Shown: in pieces, positions 19,688 to 28,527 of the stretch
How the letters are laid out: each line of letters starts with the position of its first letter
Position numbering within the stretch: position 1 is the first letter of the stretch
Source of the DNA: Candidatus Woesearchaeota archaeon
Lineage (GTDB): Archaea > Nanobdellota > Nanobdellia > Woesearchaeales > ARS49
NCBI GenBank assembly: GCA_014729505.1
Contig: WJJS01000001.1
Location: 12,938-76,937 of the forward strand
Reading direction: 5' to 3'
DNA: 64,000 nt
Notes under the pieces: generated by a model
Databases searched by the model: none
Told to the model about the DNA's origin: nothing
Seen by the model: only the letters and a program-made list of their open reading frames with translations
Translations under genes and position numbers: made by a program

Positions 19688-19936
19688 GTGACACTGAAAA
19701 AGTACGAAAAACCAGAACCGGTCATTACAGGAGAAGCCACGACAGAGGAACCAACAACAGAACCAGAACCTGAGCCGGTTGACGAACCAGTTGTGCAACC
19801 ACAGCCCGAACCTGAAAGCGACGAGCAAGCAGAGCCCGAACCAGAACCGCAACGTTCTGTTTTGCTTTACATCGTCATTGCAGGAGTAGGTTTAGTAGGC
19901 ATTGGCATTGTGGTGTGGTACTTATTCAAAAAATAG
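19688..19936 (+). CDS. PEPEP-linker plus C-terminal TM-anchor fragment; possibly the 3' part of a disrupted surface protein
   Basis: EPTTEPEPEPVDEPVVQPQPEPE is followed by LLYIVIAGVGLVGIGIVVWYLFKK. The frame is open from 19616 and the track start is a GTG. Confidence 0.3.
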   Translation: MTLKKYEKPEPVITGEATTEEPTTEPEPEPVDEPVVQPQPEPESDEQAEPEPEPQRSVLLYIVIAGVGLVGIGIVVWYLFKK

Positions 19937-20031
19937 AAGGCAGGAAAACCCCTGCTCATTTTTACTTTCTTTTTTCTCAAGAGTACAAAAACCTTTAAAA
20001 AAGACTTGTCTTCTCGAATATTCCAGAAGTA

Positions 20032-20046
20032 TGGTGGCGGAGTGGC
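20032..20046 (+). repeat. Direct repeat: duplicate of the tRNA-Met 5' end, including 4 nt of flank
   Basis: TGGTGGCGGAGTGGC is identical to 20132-20146. Confidence 0.8.
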
Positions 20047-20052
20047 ATATTC

Positions 20053-20108
20053 CGATGTTTTCCGCCATCGACACGGAGGTCCGATCTCGCTTGCGCGAGA
20101 TCCGACGG
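20053..20108 (+). repeat. Conserved ~55-nt hairpin element (copy 2), tRNA-associated
   Basis: CGATGTTTTCCGCCATCGACACGGAGGTCCGATCTCGCTTGCGCGAGATCCGACGG. Confidence 0.7.
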
Positions 20109-20135
20109 TAGTCAAGTAACACGAGTATCATTGGT

Positions 20136-20253
20136 GGCGGAGTGGCTTAGCCTGGTTAGAGCACCGCGCTCATAGGTCATACCTTTGAGCACTGAGCTTT
20201 CGAGCTATGACGAAGAAACGCGGGGGTCACGAGTTCAAATCTCGTCTCCGCCA
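20136..20253 (+). tRNA. tRNA-Met (CAT), elongator-like, with a 43-nt intron at 37/38
   Basis: Manual fold: acceptor GGCGGAG/CTCCGCC, D-arm GCTT-AGCCTGGTTA-GAGC, anticodon stem CCGCG with loop CTCATA|intron 20175-20217|A then CGCGG, variable GGGTC, T-arm ACGAG-TTCAAAT-CTCGT and discriminator A. Confidence 0.75.
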
Positions 20254-20396
20254 CTTTTTTATGGTGGGTGAGTGTAAGCGAACCCTCCTTTTTTTTCACA
20301 TTTTTCTCAAAAATTTGGTTTATTTTTTTGTCTTTGCCACTTTTTTTGTGCTGTTGAGCGTTAGCGAGGCGCACTTGTCATTTCACAGTACCATGC

Positions 20397-20759
20397 TCAA
20401 TCCTCAAAGGGATGAGAAAAAAGACGAAGATGCTGCTCAAGTTGGTGAGGATCCCAGATTTCAAGATGCGTAGAAAAAGGAATTATTTGACAGCGATTTG
20501 TCCACGGCCATGTTTCAGGATCGGGGAATCGCAGGTACGGATTGCAGACGACTTCATAGCGTTGCAGCACATCAAGATCAGGTGTTTGTTCAATGAGGTA
20601 TTCTTGATCTTTAGTAACAAGCAAGCCCATAACGAAAGCATCTTCAAGTACGCGGCATAACGTGTTGCGACCGTACCATCGACTGCATTCTTGAGGAAGC
20701 GCCAATTTATTATTACGATACGTGATAATGGGAGATAAGGGTATTGAGCGTCTTCGCAT
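20397..20759 (-). CDS. Hypothetical protein
   Basis: 120-aa ORF. An alternative overlapping frame (20483..20773) exists, so the call is weak. Confidence 0.3.
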   Translation of the reverse strand: MRRRSIPLSPIITYRNNKLALPQECSRWYGRNTLCRVLEDAFVMGLLVTKDQEYLIEQTPDLDVLQRYEVVCNPYLRFPDPETWPWTNRCQIIPFSTHLEIWDPHQLEQHLRLFSHPFED

Positions 20760-20866
20760 GACAATACAGACAAAAAAACGATTTATAAATGCCGCGATAA
20801 AAGGCCATTACAACCTAAACGTTTAAATAGAAAATTTGCCTAATTGGCAAAAAAGGAGGTGAATTC

Positions 20867-21232
20867 ATGGCAAAAAAACCATCAATGTGGAAGCAAGTAG
20901 GTAATTGGGCCTTTATAGGCGGTGTTATCCTTGCAGTAGTGATTGGACTATTTTCTAGTCAAGTCGGCAATCTTGGACCTACACTCACGACAGTACTCGT
21001 CATTTTAGGATTGATCGTAGGATTGCTCAATGTCCAACCAGACGAAGCACTACACTTTTTGGCAGCTGCAGTCTCAATTGTTGTCGTCGCAGAATTTGGC
21101 GGTGCAGGATTTGAGCAAGTACAAACAGTAGGACCTGCTCTATCAGGACTATTTATGTCGCTTAAGACGTTTGTCGTTCCGGCAACAGTCGTTGTGGCAT
21201 TAGCAGCACTCTTTAGTGTAGCACGAGACTAA
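20867..21232 (+). CDS. Small membrane protein, hypothetical
   Basis: 121 aa with 3-4 TM helices. A strong SD-like AGGAGGTG lies 7 nt upstream of the ATG. Confidence 0.55.
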   Translation: MAKKPSMWKQVGNWAFIGGVILAVVIGLFSSQVGNLGPTLTTVLVILGLIVGLLNVQPDEALHFLAAAVSIVVVAEFGGAGFEQVQTVGPALSGLFMSLKTFVVPATVVVALAALFSVARD

Positions 21233-21284
21233 GTCTCGTCTTTTTCTTTTTCTTTTCATAACATTTTTAAGGAGTATATTTGAC

Positions 21285-22355
21285 TTGCAGATCATGGTTT
21301 ATTCGCTAGTCAGACCGCTGCTTTTTCGCATGGACGCAGAAAAAGTACATCATCGCCTCGTCAGGTTAGGAACGATGCTCCAACAAGTTCCCCTCGTCTT
21401 GCCGGTGCTTCGCAGTATCTTCACGTATCAGCATCCCGCACTACACGTACAAGTGGACGGCGTAGCGTATGAAAACCCGATAGGGTTAGCAGCAGGTTTT
21501 GACAAAAACGGCGAAATACCTCGATTTATGAGCAGTTTTGGTTTTGGACACGTAGAAATAGGCTCTGTGACAAGTAAACAACACACAGGCAATCCAAAAC
21601 CGCGAGTGCATCGCGTAATAGAAGAACAAGCATTAGTTATCAATTATGGACTAGCAAATCACGGTGCTGCAACAGTAAAACGACGAATAGCAGCGTATGA
21701 TGAAAAGATGCCTATTGGAATTAGCATCGCAAAGACACCCCGCGTAGGAGGAGAACAAGGGATACGCGATTACGCACAATCATTTAGAGATCTATCCATG
21801 CATGGAACGTATACGACGATAAACATCAGTTGTCCAAATGTGGCAGACGGAGAAACGTATGGAGAGAATCCCCGATTATTGCGATCTTTATTGCAAACAC
21901 TCTCAAAAGAAAAAATCGTCTCACCCGTATATCTCAAACTCAAACCAGATTATTCGCACAAACAAATCGATGACATACTCGAGGTTATCAATTCGTTTCC
22001 GTTTGTAAAAGGAGTAATCATCGGCAATCTCACAAAAGAACGAAAAGGGGCAGTCGCGAAAAGAACAGAGTCGGGCGGTATCAGCGGAAAACCAACTAGA
22101 AACAAAAGCACAGCATTAATACGATACGTCTACAAGAAAACAAATGGTCAACTCACCATTATTGGGTGCGGCGGTATCTTTACTGCCCAAGACGCGTATG
22201 ACAAAATAACATCCGGAGCAAGCATGTTACAACTCATAACGGGCATGATCTATTTAGGACCTAGCACCATAAGAAACATCAATAAAGGGCTTGTTACACT
22301 GCTCGAACAAGACGGATTTAAAAGCATCACCGAAGCAACAGGTTCGCGAGCGTGA
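21285..22355 (+). CDS. pyrD: Dihydroorotate dehydrogenase (quinone), class 2
   Basis: The N-terminal membrane-association helix is followed by GLAAGFDKNGE and GFGHVEIGSVT.... The C-terminus is IIGCGGIFTAQDAYDKITSGAS. Confidence 0.85.
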   Translation: MQIMVYSLVRPLLFRMDAEKVHHRLVRLGTMLQQVPLVLPVLRSIFTYQHPALHVQVDGVAYENPIGLAAGFDKNGEIPRFMSSFGFGHVEIGSVTSKQHTGNPKPRVHRVIEEQALVINYGLANHGAATVKRRIAAYDEKMPIGISIAKTPRVGGEQGIRDYAQSFRDLSMHGTYTTINISCPNVADGETYGENPRLLRSLLQTLSKEKIVSPVYLKLKPDYSHKQIDDILEVINSFPFVKGVIIGNLTKERKGAVAKRTESGGISGKPTRNKSTALIRYVYKKTNGQLTIIGCGGIFTAQDAYDKITSGASMLQLITGMIYLGPSTIRNINKGLVTLLEQDGFKSITEATGSRA

Positions 22356-22413
22356 AAGAAAACCACGTTCAAATCCGTAAACTTCTTAACTGGGGCATTT
22401 TATGTGCATATAT

Positions 22414-22427
22414 GCCGACGTCGCATA
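22414..22427 (+). repeat. Direct repeat: duplicate of tRNA-Ser nt 1-14
   Basis: GCCGACGTCGCATA is also present at 22540 and 22756. Confidence 0.8.
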
Positions 22428-22437
22428 CTCTGCGTAT

Positions 22438-22462
22438 CGATGTTTTCCGCCATCGACACGGA
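22438..22462 (+). repeat. Partial copy (copy 3) of the conserved tRNA-associated element
   Basis: CGATGTTTTCCGCCATCGACACGGA matches the first 25 nt of the element at 20053. Confidence 0.6.
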
Positions 22463-22539
22463 CGCGCGGCATTCGCTATTGCTCAGCCCCGCAAGACACA
22501 AATCTTAAAAGGCAGTTCCTTTGTTACTCACTTATTCTT

Positions 22540-22718
22540 GCCGACGTCGCATAATCTGGTACGCTAAAAAACGCATTAGCGTTTTTGGCGCGCCGAAAAG
22601 CTTTGCTTTTCTCGCGTTGCGCCGGTCTTGAAAACCGGTTCCCTTGGGTGCTCGAAAATCTGCGATTTTCGGCACGTACAAAAGCTGACGCTTTTGTCCG
22701 TATCCCGTTTCAAATCCG
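22540..22718 (+). pseudogene. tRNA-Ser(TGA) pseudogene with two large insertions and a degenerate 3' end
   Basis: GCCGACGTCGCATAATCTGGTA, a 55-nt insertion, TTGCGCCGGTCTTGAAAACCGGTTCCCTTGGGT, a 52-nt insertion, then ATCCCGTTTCAAATCCG. The acceptor 3' strand is missing. Confidence 0.6.
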
Positions 22719-22755
22719 TAAACTTCTTAACTAGTGGCATTTCATGCGCATATAT

Positions 22756-22837
22756 GCCGACGTCGCATAATCTGGTATTGCGCCGGTCTTGAAAACCGGT
22801 TCCCTTGGGTATCCCGGTTCAAATCCGGGCGTCGGCG
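22756..22837 (+). tRNA. tRNA-Ser (TGA), class II with a long variable arm, no intron
   Basis: Manual fold: acceptor GCCGACG/CGTCGGC, anticodon stem CCGGT/ACCGG with loop CTTGAAA, variable arm TTCCCTTGGGTAT, T-arm CCCGG-TTCAAAT-CCGGG and discriminator G. Confidence 0.8.
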
Positions 22838-22891
22838 TTTCTATGACGCGAAAGCGTCATCCCATTTTTGAAGTAGTGATTTGAACCGGGG
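22833..22891 (+). repeat. Left copy of a perfect 59-nt direct repeat (last 5 nt of tRNA-Ser plus 54 nt downstream); att-like
   Basis: CGGCGTTTCTATGACGCGAAAGCGTCATCCCATTTTTGAAGTAGTGATTTGAACCGGGG is identical to 23742-23800. Confidence 0.85.
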
Positions 22892-23068
22892 CCAGTCAAG
22901 CTTTGCTTGACGTTGTCCTGGTTTCAAATCCGGGCGTCGGCGTTGTGGGCGCGTTAGCGCTCTTTTTTGTTGTTGTGATTTGAACCGGGGCCAGTCAAGC
23001 TTTGCTTGACGTTGTCCTGGTTTCAAATCCGGGTGTCGGCGTTGTGGGCGCGTTAGCGCTCTTTTTTT
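22843..23068 (+). repeat. Tandem repeat, ~99 nt x ~2.3. Each unit contains an inverted T-arm-like palindrome and ends with the tRNA-Ser 3' end sequence.
   Basis: The unit is TTGTGGGCGCGTTAGCGCTCTTTTTTGTTGTTGTGATTTGAACCGGGGCCAGTCAAGCTTTGCTTGACGTTGTCCTGGTTTCAAATCCGGG(C/T)GTCGGCG. GGGCGCGTTAGCGCTC followed by a T-run is terminator-like. Confidence 0.8.
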
Positions 23069-23135
23069 GATTGCTGCATCATTTCGAATCTAAACCATAA
23101 CCTTTATAAACTATGGCCACTATAGTAACTATAGT

Positions 23136-23336
23136 ATGCCAACAACTATCCAACTCAGCAAAGAAACCAAGAAGCTAATAAGCACGTTTGGTTCCAAAGA
23201 AGATACTTACGACACGATAATTAGAAGACTGTACAAATTAGCTGTTAAGGAGCAACTGAAAGAATTCTTGCTCTCATCAGAAGGAACAATGCCGATAGAT
23301 GAGGCGATTAAGAAAGCCAAGAAAAAATGGCAATAG
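23136..23336 (+). CDS. Small RHH/antitoxin-like protein (putative)
   Basis: 66 aa, MPTTIQLSKETKKLISTFGSKEDTYDTIIRRLYKL. It overlaps the next ORF by 10 nt. Confidence 0.4.
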   Translation: MPTTIQLSKETKKLISTFGSKEDTYDTIIRRLYKLAVKEQLKEFLLSSEGTMPIDEAIKKAKKKWQ

Positions 23337-23668
23337 TAGAGATTACGAAAACACTCTATGAACAGATAGATCGAAAATTCAAAGGAAAAAGTGTCAAAGT
23401 ATTACAACATTTGAAATCATTAGAAGAATCGCCAAAGAAAGGAAAACTCCTAGGAACCATAGGAGGAATAGTGATTAAAGAAGTAAAGTATGAAGGTTTC
23501 AGATTTTATTTCATCACCGACGGATTCAAACTCAAATATACCTCCTCTGAAGATCTTACCGACTTACTTTTGCGGGTTGTAAGAATGTCAGATAAGAAAC
23601 ATCAGCAACAGACTATCGACGAGATCAAACAGATTCTACTAACCATCGGTGTTGAAGGTTTGACTTGA
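23327..23668 (+). CDS. RelE/ParE-like toxin candidate (putative)
   Basis: KSLEESPKKGKLLGTIGGIVIKEVKYEGFRFYFITDG resembles the RelE/ParE core. This is sequence-pattern judgement only. Confidence 0.35.
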   Translation: MAIVEITKTLYEQIDRKFKGKSVKVLQHLKSLEESPKKGKLLGTIGGIVIKEVKYEGFRFYFITDGFKLKYTSSEDLTDLLLRVVRMSDKKHQQQTIDEIKQILLTIGVEGLT

Positions 23669-23741
23669 TAGCCTTCCTTGGCTTGATGTAATGCAAACCG
23701 CATGCACAGGTAAAAAATAACTCAAAAGAAGCCCAGAACCA

Positions 23742-23800
23742 ACCATACACCGGCGTTTCTATGACGCGAAAGCGTCATCCCATTTTTGAAGTAGTGATTT
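23742..23800 (+). repeat. Right copy of the perfect 59-nt direct repeat
   Basis: Identical to 22833-22891. Confidence 0.85.
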
Positions 23801-23854
23801 GAACCGGGGATCTTTGCTTGGCAGTATGCTGATGAAAATACGGCGTTTCAAGAA

Positions 23855-24286
23855 TTATATCAAACCAGTAATTGCTGCAGAGACAAAGAAAATGATGAGG
23901 AAAAAACCAAGCATAATCACATTTGCAGCGATCATGAACCCGAGCCAGACAAGACCGACAAGAGCGCCCTTACCGTAATCAACATGCAACATCCACGAAG
24001 GCAAAAGCAAATACAACGCGAGCTGTACGATCATACCAATAGCACTGATAATGATACTTGCAAACGAGCCCACATTCATAGCAAGCAATCCTATAAGAGC
24101 ACTGAACACGCCAAGAATCAGCGCAGGCCACAACGATTGCACATACGTTCGCGGCACATGAAAAATCTTCGCACTCAACCACAACAGCAAGGCACTAAGA
24201 GGAGTAAAGATAACAAAAACAACAAGAGAGACAATAAGTGTTCCAAGAAAACTCAGGTATGGCAGCTGAGGCTCAACGATCGTCAT
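23855..24286 (-). CDS. Hypothetical membrane protein
   Basis: 143 aa with 4 predicted TM helices. Confidence 0.5.
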   Translation of the reverse strand: MTIVEPQLPYLSFLGTLIVSLVVFVIFTPLSALLLWLSAKIFHVPRTYVQSLWPALILGVFSALIGLLAMNVGSFASIIISAIGMIVQLALYLLLPSWMLHVDYGKGALVGLVWLGFMIAANVIMLGFFLIIFFVSAAITGLI

Positions 24287-24382
24287 AGTAGTGGAAAGCA
24301 GACGTCACATAAAAACTTTGCTAGAGAACATTCTAGATCTATAACTATTGTACACTGCTCGAAAAACAATGAAGATCACGTT

Positions 24383-24625
24383 TCACTCGATATCCTCATC
24401 AGCTAACAACGCTGGTTCAGTAAAACCCTGCAGCATATCAAGAATCTGAATAATATAATCCTCGTCCACCTCAGTAAACTCATTACCCTGCATACTGTCA
24501 AGAAAATCCTGAAATAATTTAAAAATCTGAGCCTTTTTCATACCTTTCTCAGACAAATCAAGAACTACTTGCTGCAAAGCTTGCAGAGGGTCAGCAGAAC
24601 GAAGAGCGTTTTTTATTTGTCGCAT
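24383..24625 (-). CDS. Small acidic hypothetical protein
   Basis: 80 aa. Its ATG overlaps the S10 stop codon. Confidence 0.4.
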   Translation of the reverse strand: MRQIKNALRSADPLQALQQVVLDLSEKGMKKAQIFKLFQDFLDSMQGNEFTEVDEDYIIQILDMLQGFTEPALLADEDIE

Positions 24626-24948
24626 TAGACATCAATCATTTCGATTTCAATCTTTACAGATTCTGCGGGAATTTGAATACGCATAACGAGTCGCAAAGCG
24701 CGCTCATCAAGACCAAGATCGATTAATCGCTTGAAAATACGCATTTCATAGCGTTCCCACGTCGCAGTACCATCACCAGAAGTTGCCTTACGGGTAGTCA
24801 GACGAAGTTTCTTAGTAGGAAGAGGTACGGGCCCGCGCATTTCTGCACCGGTTTTTTCAGCTATATCAGAGATTGCCTTGCAGATATCGTTCAACTTGTC
24901 GATATCGATACTGGTTAGTTTTATTCGGGCCTTTTGCATGGTAAACAA
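24625..24948 (-). CDS. rps10: 30S ribosomal protein S10 (uS10)
   Basis: KARIKLTSIDIDKLNDICKAISDIAEKTGAEMRGPVPLPTKKLRLTTRKA. Confidence 0.85.
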   Translation of the reverse strand: MFTMQKARIKLTSIDIDKLNDICKAISDIAEKTGAEMRGPVPLPTKKLRLTTRKATSGDGTATWERYEMRIFKRLIDLGLDERALRLVMRIQIPAESVKIEIEMIDV

Positions 24949-24965
24949 AAAAATAAAAGGGCTAT

Positions 24966-26255
24966 TTAAGCCTTTTTAACAAGATCAACACAGACGCCAG
25001 CAGCGACTGTCTTACCACTGTCACGAACAGCAAAGCGGGACAATTTTGGATTGTCCTTTTGCGTCTCAATGACCAACGCTTGTACCGGCTTGAACTTGAT
25101 GATCGCAATGTCTCCATTCTTGACAAAATCAGGCTTTTCCTGAAGCGTCTCACCAGTAGCAGGGTTTAGTGTCTTTACGATCTCTGTTACTCTACACGCG
25201 ACCTGAGCCGTGTGAATGTGGAACACAGGTGTGTAGCCGATAGTGATCACAGATGGGTGATCCATTACCACTACTTGACCGGTAAACTCCGTAGCAACTG
25301 TAGGCGGATTGTCTGTATGTCCTAGCACATCTCCACGAGCGATATCCTTAATACCAATACCACGAACGGAGAATCCAACATTATCGCCGGGCAGAGCCTT
25401 TTGCATTTGCTGGTGGTGCATCTCAATGGACTTACACTCTCCAGTCACTCCCTTACCTTCACGACCAGGAGTTACAATAACCTTATCACCGACCTTCATT
25501 ACTCCAGTCTCAACTTTACCAACGGGAACAACGCCAATACCCTTGATGTTATACACGTCTTGCAAAGGCAAGCGGAGAGGAAGATCCGTAGGTTTTTCAG
25601 GAACATTCAAACTGTTCAATGCGTCAAGCAGTGTCTTACCCTGGTACCAAGGCATCTTGTCAGATTTCTTGACAACATTATCGCCTTTTAGAGAAGCAAT
25701 AGCAACAAATTGTACGTCGTCAACCTTCCAACCGGCTGTCGTTAGAGTCTTCTTGACATCTTCAACAACCTTCTTGAACTTGTCTTCAGAGTACTCAACT
25801 CCGCTGATATCCATTTTGTTAACAGCAACGATAAGCTGGCTAACGCCAAGGATCTTTGACAATCGGGAATGCTCAATCGTTTGAGCATTAACACCGTCAT
25901 TAGCAGCGACAACAAGCACGGCAGCATCCGCTTGAGATGTTCCCGTAATCATGTTTTTGACAAAATCCCTGTGTCCAGGAGCGTCAATGATCGTAAAATA
26001 GAACTTGTCTGATTTGAATTCTTTGTGCGCAAGATCGATAGTTACACCGCGCTCCTGCTCTTCCTTTAATCCATCCATAACAAAAGCAAACTCAAAACCG
26101 CCCTTACCGAGCTGTTCAGCTTTCTCTTTGAGTTTACGCATTGCTTGCTCATCAATGTTTCCACTATCGAAAAGCAATCGTCCAACCGTCGTGGACTTTC
26201 CGTGGTCAACGTGTCCAATGAACACGAGATTCATGTGTGGTTTATCTTCAGCCAT
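24966..26255 (-). CDS. tuf: Translation elongation factor 1-alpha
   Basis: [25 protein letters not shown] and NKMD motifs. The protein is 429 aa. Confidence 0.95.
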   Translation of the reverse strand: MAEDKPHMNLVFIGHVDHGKSTTVGRLLFDSGNIDEQAMRKLKEKAEQLGKGGFEFAFVMDGLKEEQERGVTIDLAHKEFKSDKFYFTIIDAPGHRDFVKNMITGTSQADAAVLVVAANDGVNAQTIEHSRLSKILGVSQLIVAVNKMDISGVEYSEDKFKKVVEDVKKTLTTAGWKVDDVQFVAIASLKGDNVVKKSDKMPWYQGKTLLDALNSLNVPEKPTDLPLRLPLQDVYNIKGIGVVPVGKVETGVMKVGDKVIVTPGREGKGVTGECKSIEMHHQQMQKALPGDNVGFSVRGIGIKDIARGDVLGHTDNPPTVATEFTGQVVVMDHPSVITIGYTPVFHIHTAQVACRVTEIVKTLNPATGETLQEKPDFVKNGDIAIIKFKPVQALVIETQKDNPKLSRFAVRDSGKTVAAGVCVDLVKKA

Positions 26256-26346
26256 TGTAAGTTACCCCCTCTTCTCTTGAGTATACCTGAAAAGATTTTA
26301 TGACCCTATATAAATGTTACTGTTAATGTGAGATGCTCTTCTCGTC

Positions 26347-28515
26347 CTATTGCGCGTCGGTCAAACCCTTTCTCTCACGGATTTGTTTGACAACCTTGTC
26401 CTGCAATTCTCCTGGGAGCCGTTCAAAGACCTGATCGACGAGAGAACTGTTTCCACGACCGCCAGTCGCACTACGCAATTCTGAACTCCATCCAAACATC
26501 TCGGCGACAGGAAGCTTTGCACGAATCATCACCATAATATTCTCCTGATTCATATCAAGCAATTGTCCGCGTTTGTTACTGATCAATTTACTGACATCGC
26601 CCATATGCTCGACGGGAGCATCGATTTGGTGAATTTGCTTAGGTTCGTAAAGCACAGGAGTTGCCGCCATGATAGCCTGACGAATACCGTCGCGAACAGC
26701 AGGATACATCTGCGCAGGACCGCGGTGGATCGCATCCTCGTGAAGCTTTGCATCCATCAAAGAAACCTTCACTTTAACACAAGGCTCTCGCGCAACAGGA
26801 CCTGCATTCATAACATCTTCAAACATGTCAAGAACCATTTCCATAATCTCGTTAATCTGCACAATTCCTCTCGTCAAATCAAGAAAGACACAACCGTTAT
26901 GGATATCCTTAACACTCAATGCAACCTTGTTATCCCAACCGCAAGCAACAAGCACGTCACGCATTTCCAGATCTTTCTTTTTAACGCGACCTTCACTAAT
27001 CTTACCTTCTCTGATAGCATCAATAACTTCTTGTTCGAGAGGTTCAACCTTGAAGTACAACTTGTTGTGCTTATTAGGAGATTTTCCTTCAAAAGTATCA
27101 GATTCTCTTGTAACATTTTCACGATACACGACGATAGGAGGACTAGTTTTTACCTCAACACCCTTCTCAGACTTAATACGATTCTCAATAATTTCAAGAT
27201 GCAATTCTCCCATGCCGTGAATCAAGTGTTCGCCTGTCTCCTCATTGATCTCGACTTTAAGCGTAGGATCCTCCTTGACAACCATTCTCAACACTTCAAT
27301 AAGTTTTGGAAGATCGCTAGGTTTTTTTGCCTCAATAGCTTTAGAGACAACAGGCTCAAAAATGTGTGTGATCTCTTCAAAAGGCTCGGTAGGTTCTGTA
27401 GTAATCGTCTCACCAGGAAACGCTTTGACGCCAGCCAAACCAATAACATTACCAGCAGGACTACTCGGCACAATATCACGCTTTGCACCATTAAAGACAA
27501 AAACCTGCTGAATACGACTGGGCATCTTGGCGCGATTCAAATATACACTATCGCCTTTACTAATAGTGCCGGAAAAAATGCGACCACAGGAAATCTCACC
27601 AGCCTGAGGATCGACGACAACCTTAGTGATACAAATAAAAGTAGGCCCTTTTGGATTTGCTGCAAGAAGAGACTTGCCCTCCTCACTTTCAAGATCTCCC
27701 TTCCACAATTTAGGAATGCGATATTTTTGAGCCTGCGTAGGACTTGGATGATGTCGAATACACATGTTAAGAATCACTTCATGAATAGGTGCTTTTTTCT
27801 GCAAGACCTTATACGCTTCACCGCCCTGTTCATATGCATCAATAATATCCTTAAACCCAATATTATTTCTTTGCATATACGGAACTGAAAGTGCCCAATT
27901 ATGAAATGCACTGCCAAAAGCAACAGTACCATTTTGTACATCAACCTGCCACTCCTTCTTATATTCTGCAGGAGCAATGTTTGCGATAAGCTTATTCACT
28001 TCACCAATCACCTTCAAAAAACGCTCCTGCATTTTGTCAGGGGCAAGCTGCAATTCCTTTATCAAACGATCAACCTTATTGATGAACAAAACAGGCTTAA
28101 CACGCTCTTTTAGAGCCTGACGCAAAACCGTCTCGGTTTGAGGCATAATACCCTCAACAGCACACACAAGAACAATCGCACCGTCAATAGCGCGCATAGC
28201 ACGCGTTACGTCACCGCCAAAATCAACGTGACCCGGCGTATCAATAAGATTAATCAAATATTCCTTGCCATCAAACTGATGCACCATTGACACTGCAGCA
28301 CTATCAATAGTAATACCACGAGCCTTTTCATCCTCATGAAAATCAAGAGCGCAAGCCTTACCAGCGAGTAACTCACTCATCATGCCAGCTCCCGCTAAGA
28401 GATTATCAGAAAATGTAGTCTTACCGTGATCAATGTGAGCACAAGTACAAATATTACGGATTTGATCGGGCTTGCTAGAAATTTCTGCAACCCTTTCTGA
28501 CATCTTTTTAGCCAT
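26347..28515 (-). CDS. fusA: Translation elongation factor 2
   Basis: AHIDHGKTTFSDNLL and DTPGHVDF motifs. The protein is 722 aa. Confidence 0.95.
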   Translation of the reverse strand: MAKKMSERVAEISSKPDQIRNICTCAHIDHGKTTFSDNLLAGAGMMSELLAGKACALDFHEDEKARGITIDSAAVSMVHQFDGKEYLINLIDTPGHVDFGGDVTRAMRAIDGAIVLVCAVEGIMPQTETVLRQALKERVKPVLFINKVDRLIKELQLAPDKMQERFLKVIGEVNKLIANIAPAEYKKEWQVDVQNGTVAFGSAFHNWALSVPYMQRNNIGFKDIIDAYEQGGEAYKVLQKKAPIHEVILNMCIRHHPSPTQAQKYRIPKLWKGDLESEEGKSLLAANPKGPTFICITKVVVDPQAGEISCGRIFSGTISKGDSVYLNRAKMPSRIQQVFVFNGAKRDIVPSSPAGNVIGLAGVKAFPGETITTEPTEPFEEITHIFEPVVSKAIEAKKPSDLPKLIEVLRMVVKEDPTLKVEINEETGEHLIHGMGELHLEIIENRIKSEKGVEVKTSPPIVVYRENVTRESDTFEGKSPNKHNKLYFKVEPLEQEVIDAIREGKISEGRVKKKDLEMRDVLVACGWDNKVALSVKDIHNGCVFLDLTRGIVQINEIMEMVLDMFEDVMNAGPVAREPCVKVKVSLMDAKLHEDAIHRGPAQMYPAVRDGIRQAIMAATPVLYEPKQIHQIDAPVEHMGDVSKLISNKRGQLLDMNQENIMVMIRAKLPVAEMFGWSSELRSATGGRGNSSLVDQVFERLPGELQDKVVKQIRERKGLTDAQ

Positions 28516-28527
28516 AGTCTATCACCT

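Noticed and set aside
26563-27888. 441-aa + strand ORF
   Set aside because: It lies entirely antisense to the well-supported EF-2 gene and has a low-complexity Leu/Asn/Phe-rich translation. It is a shadow ORF.
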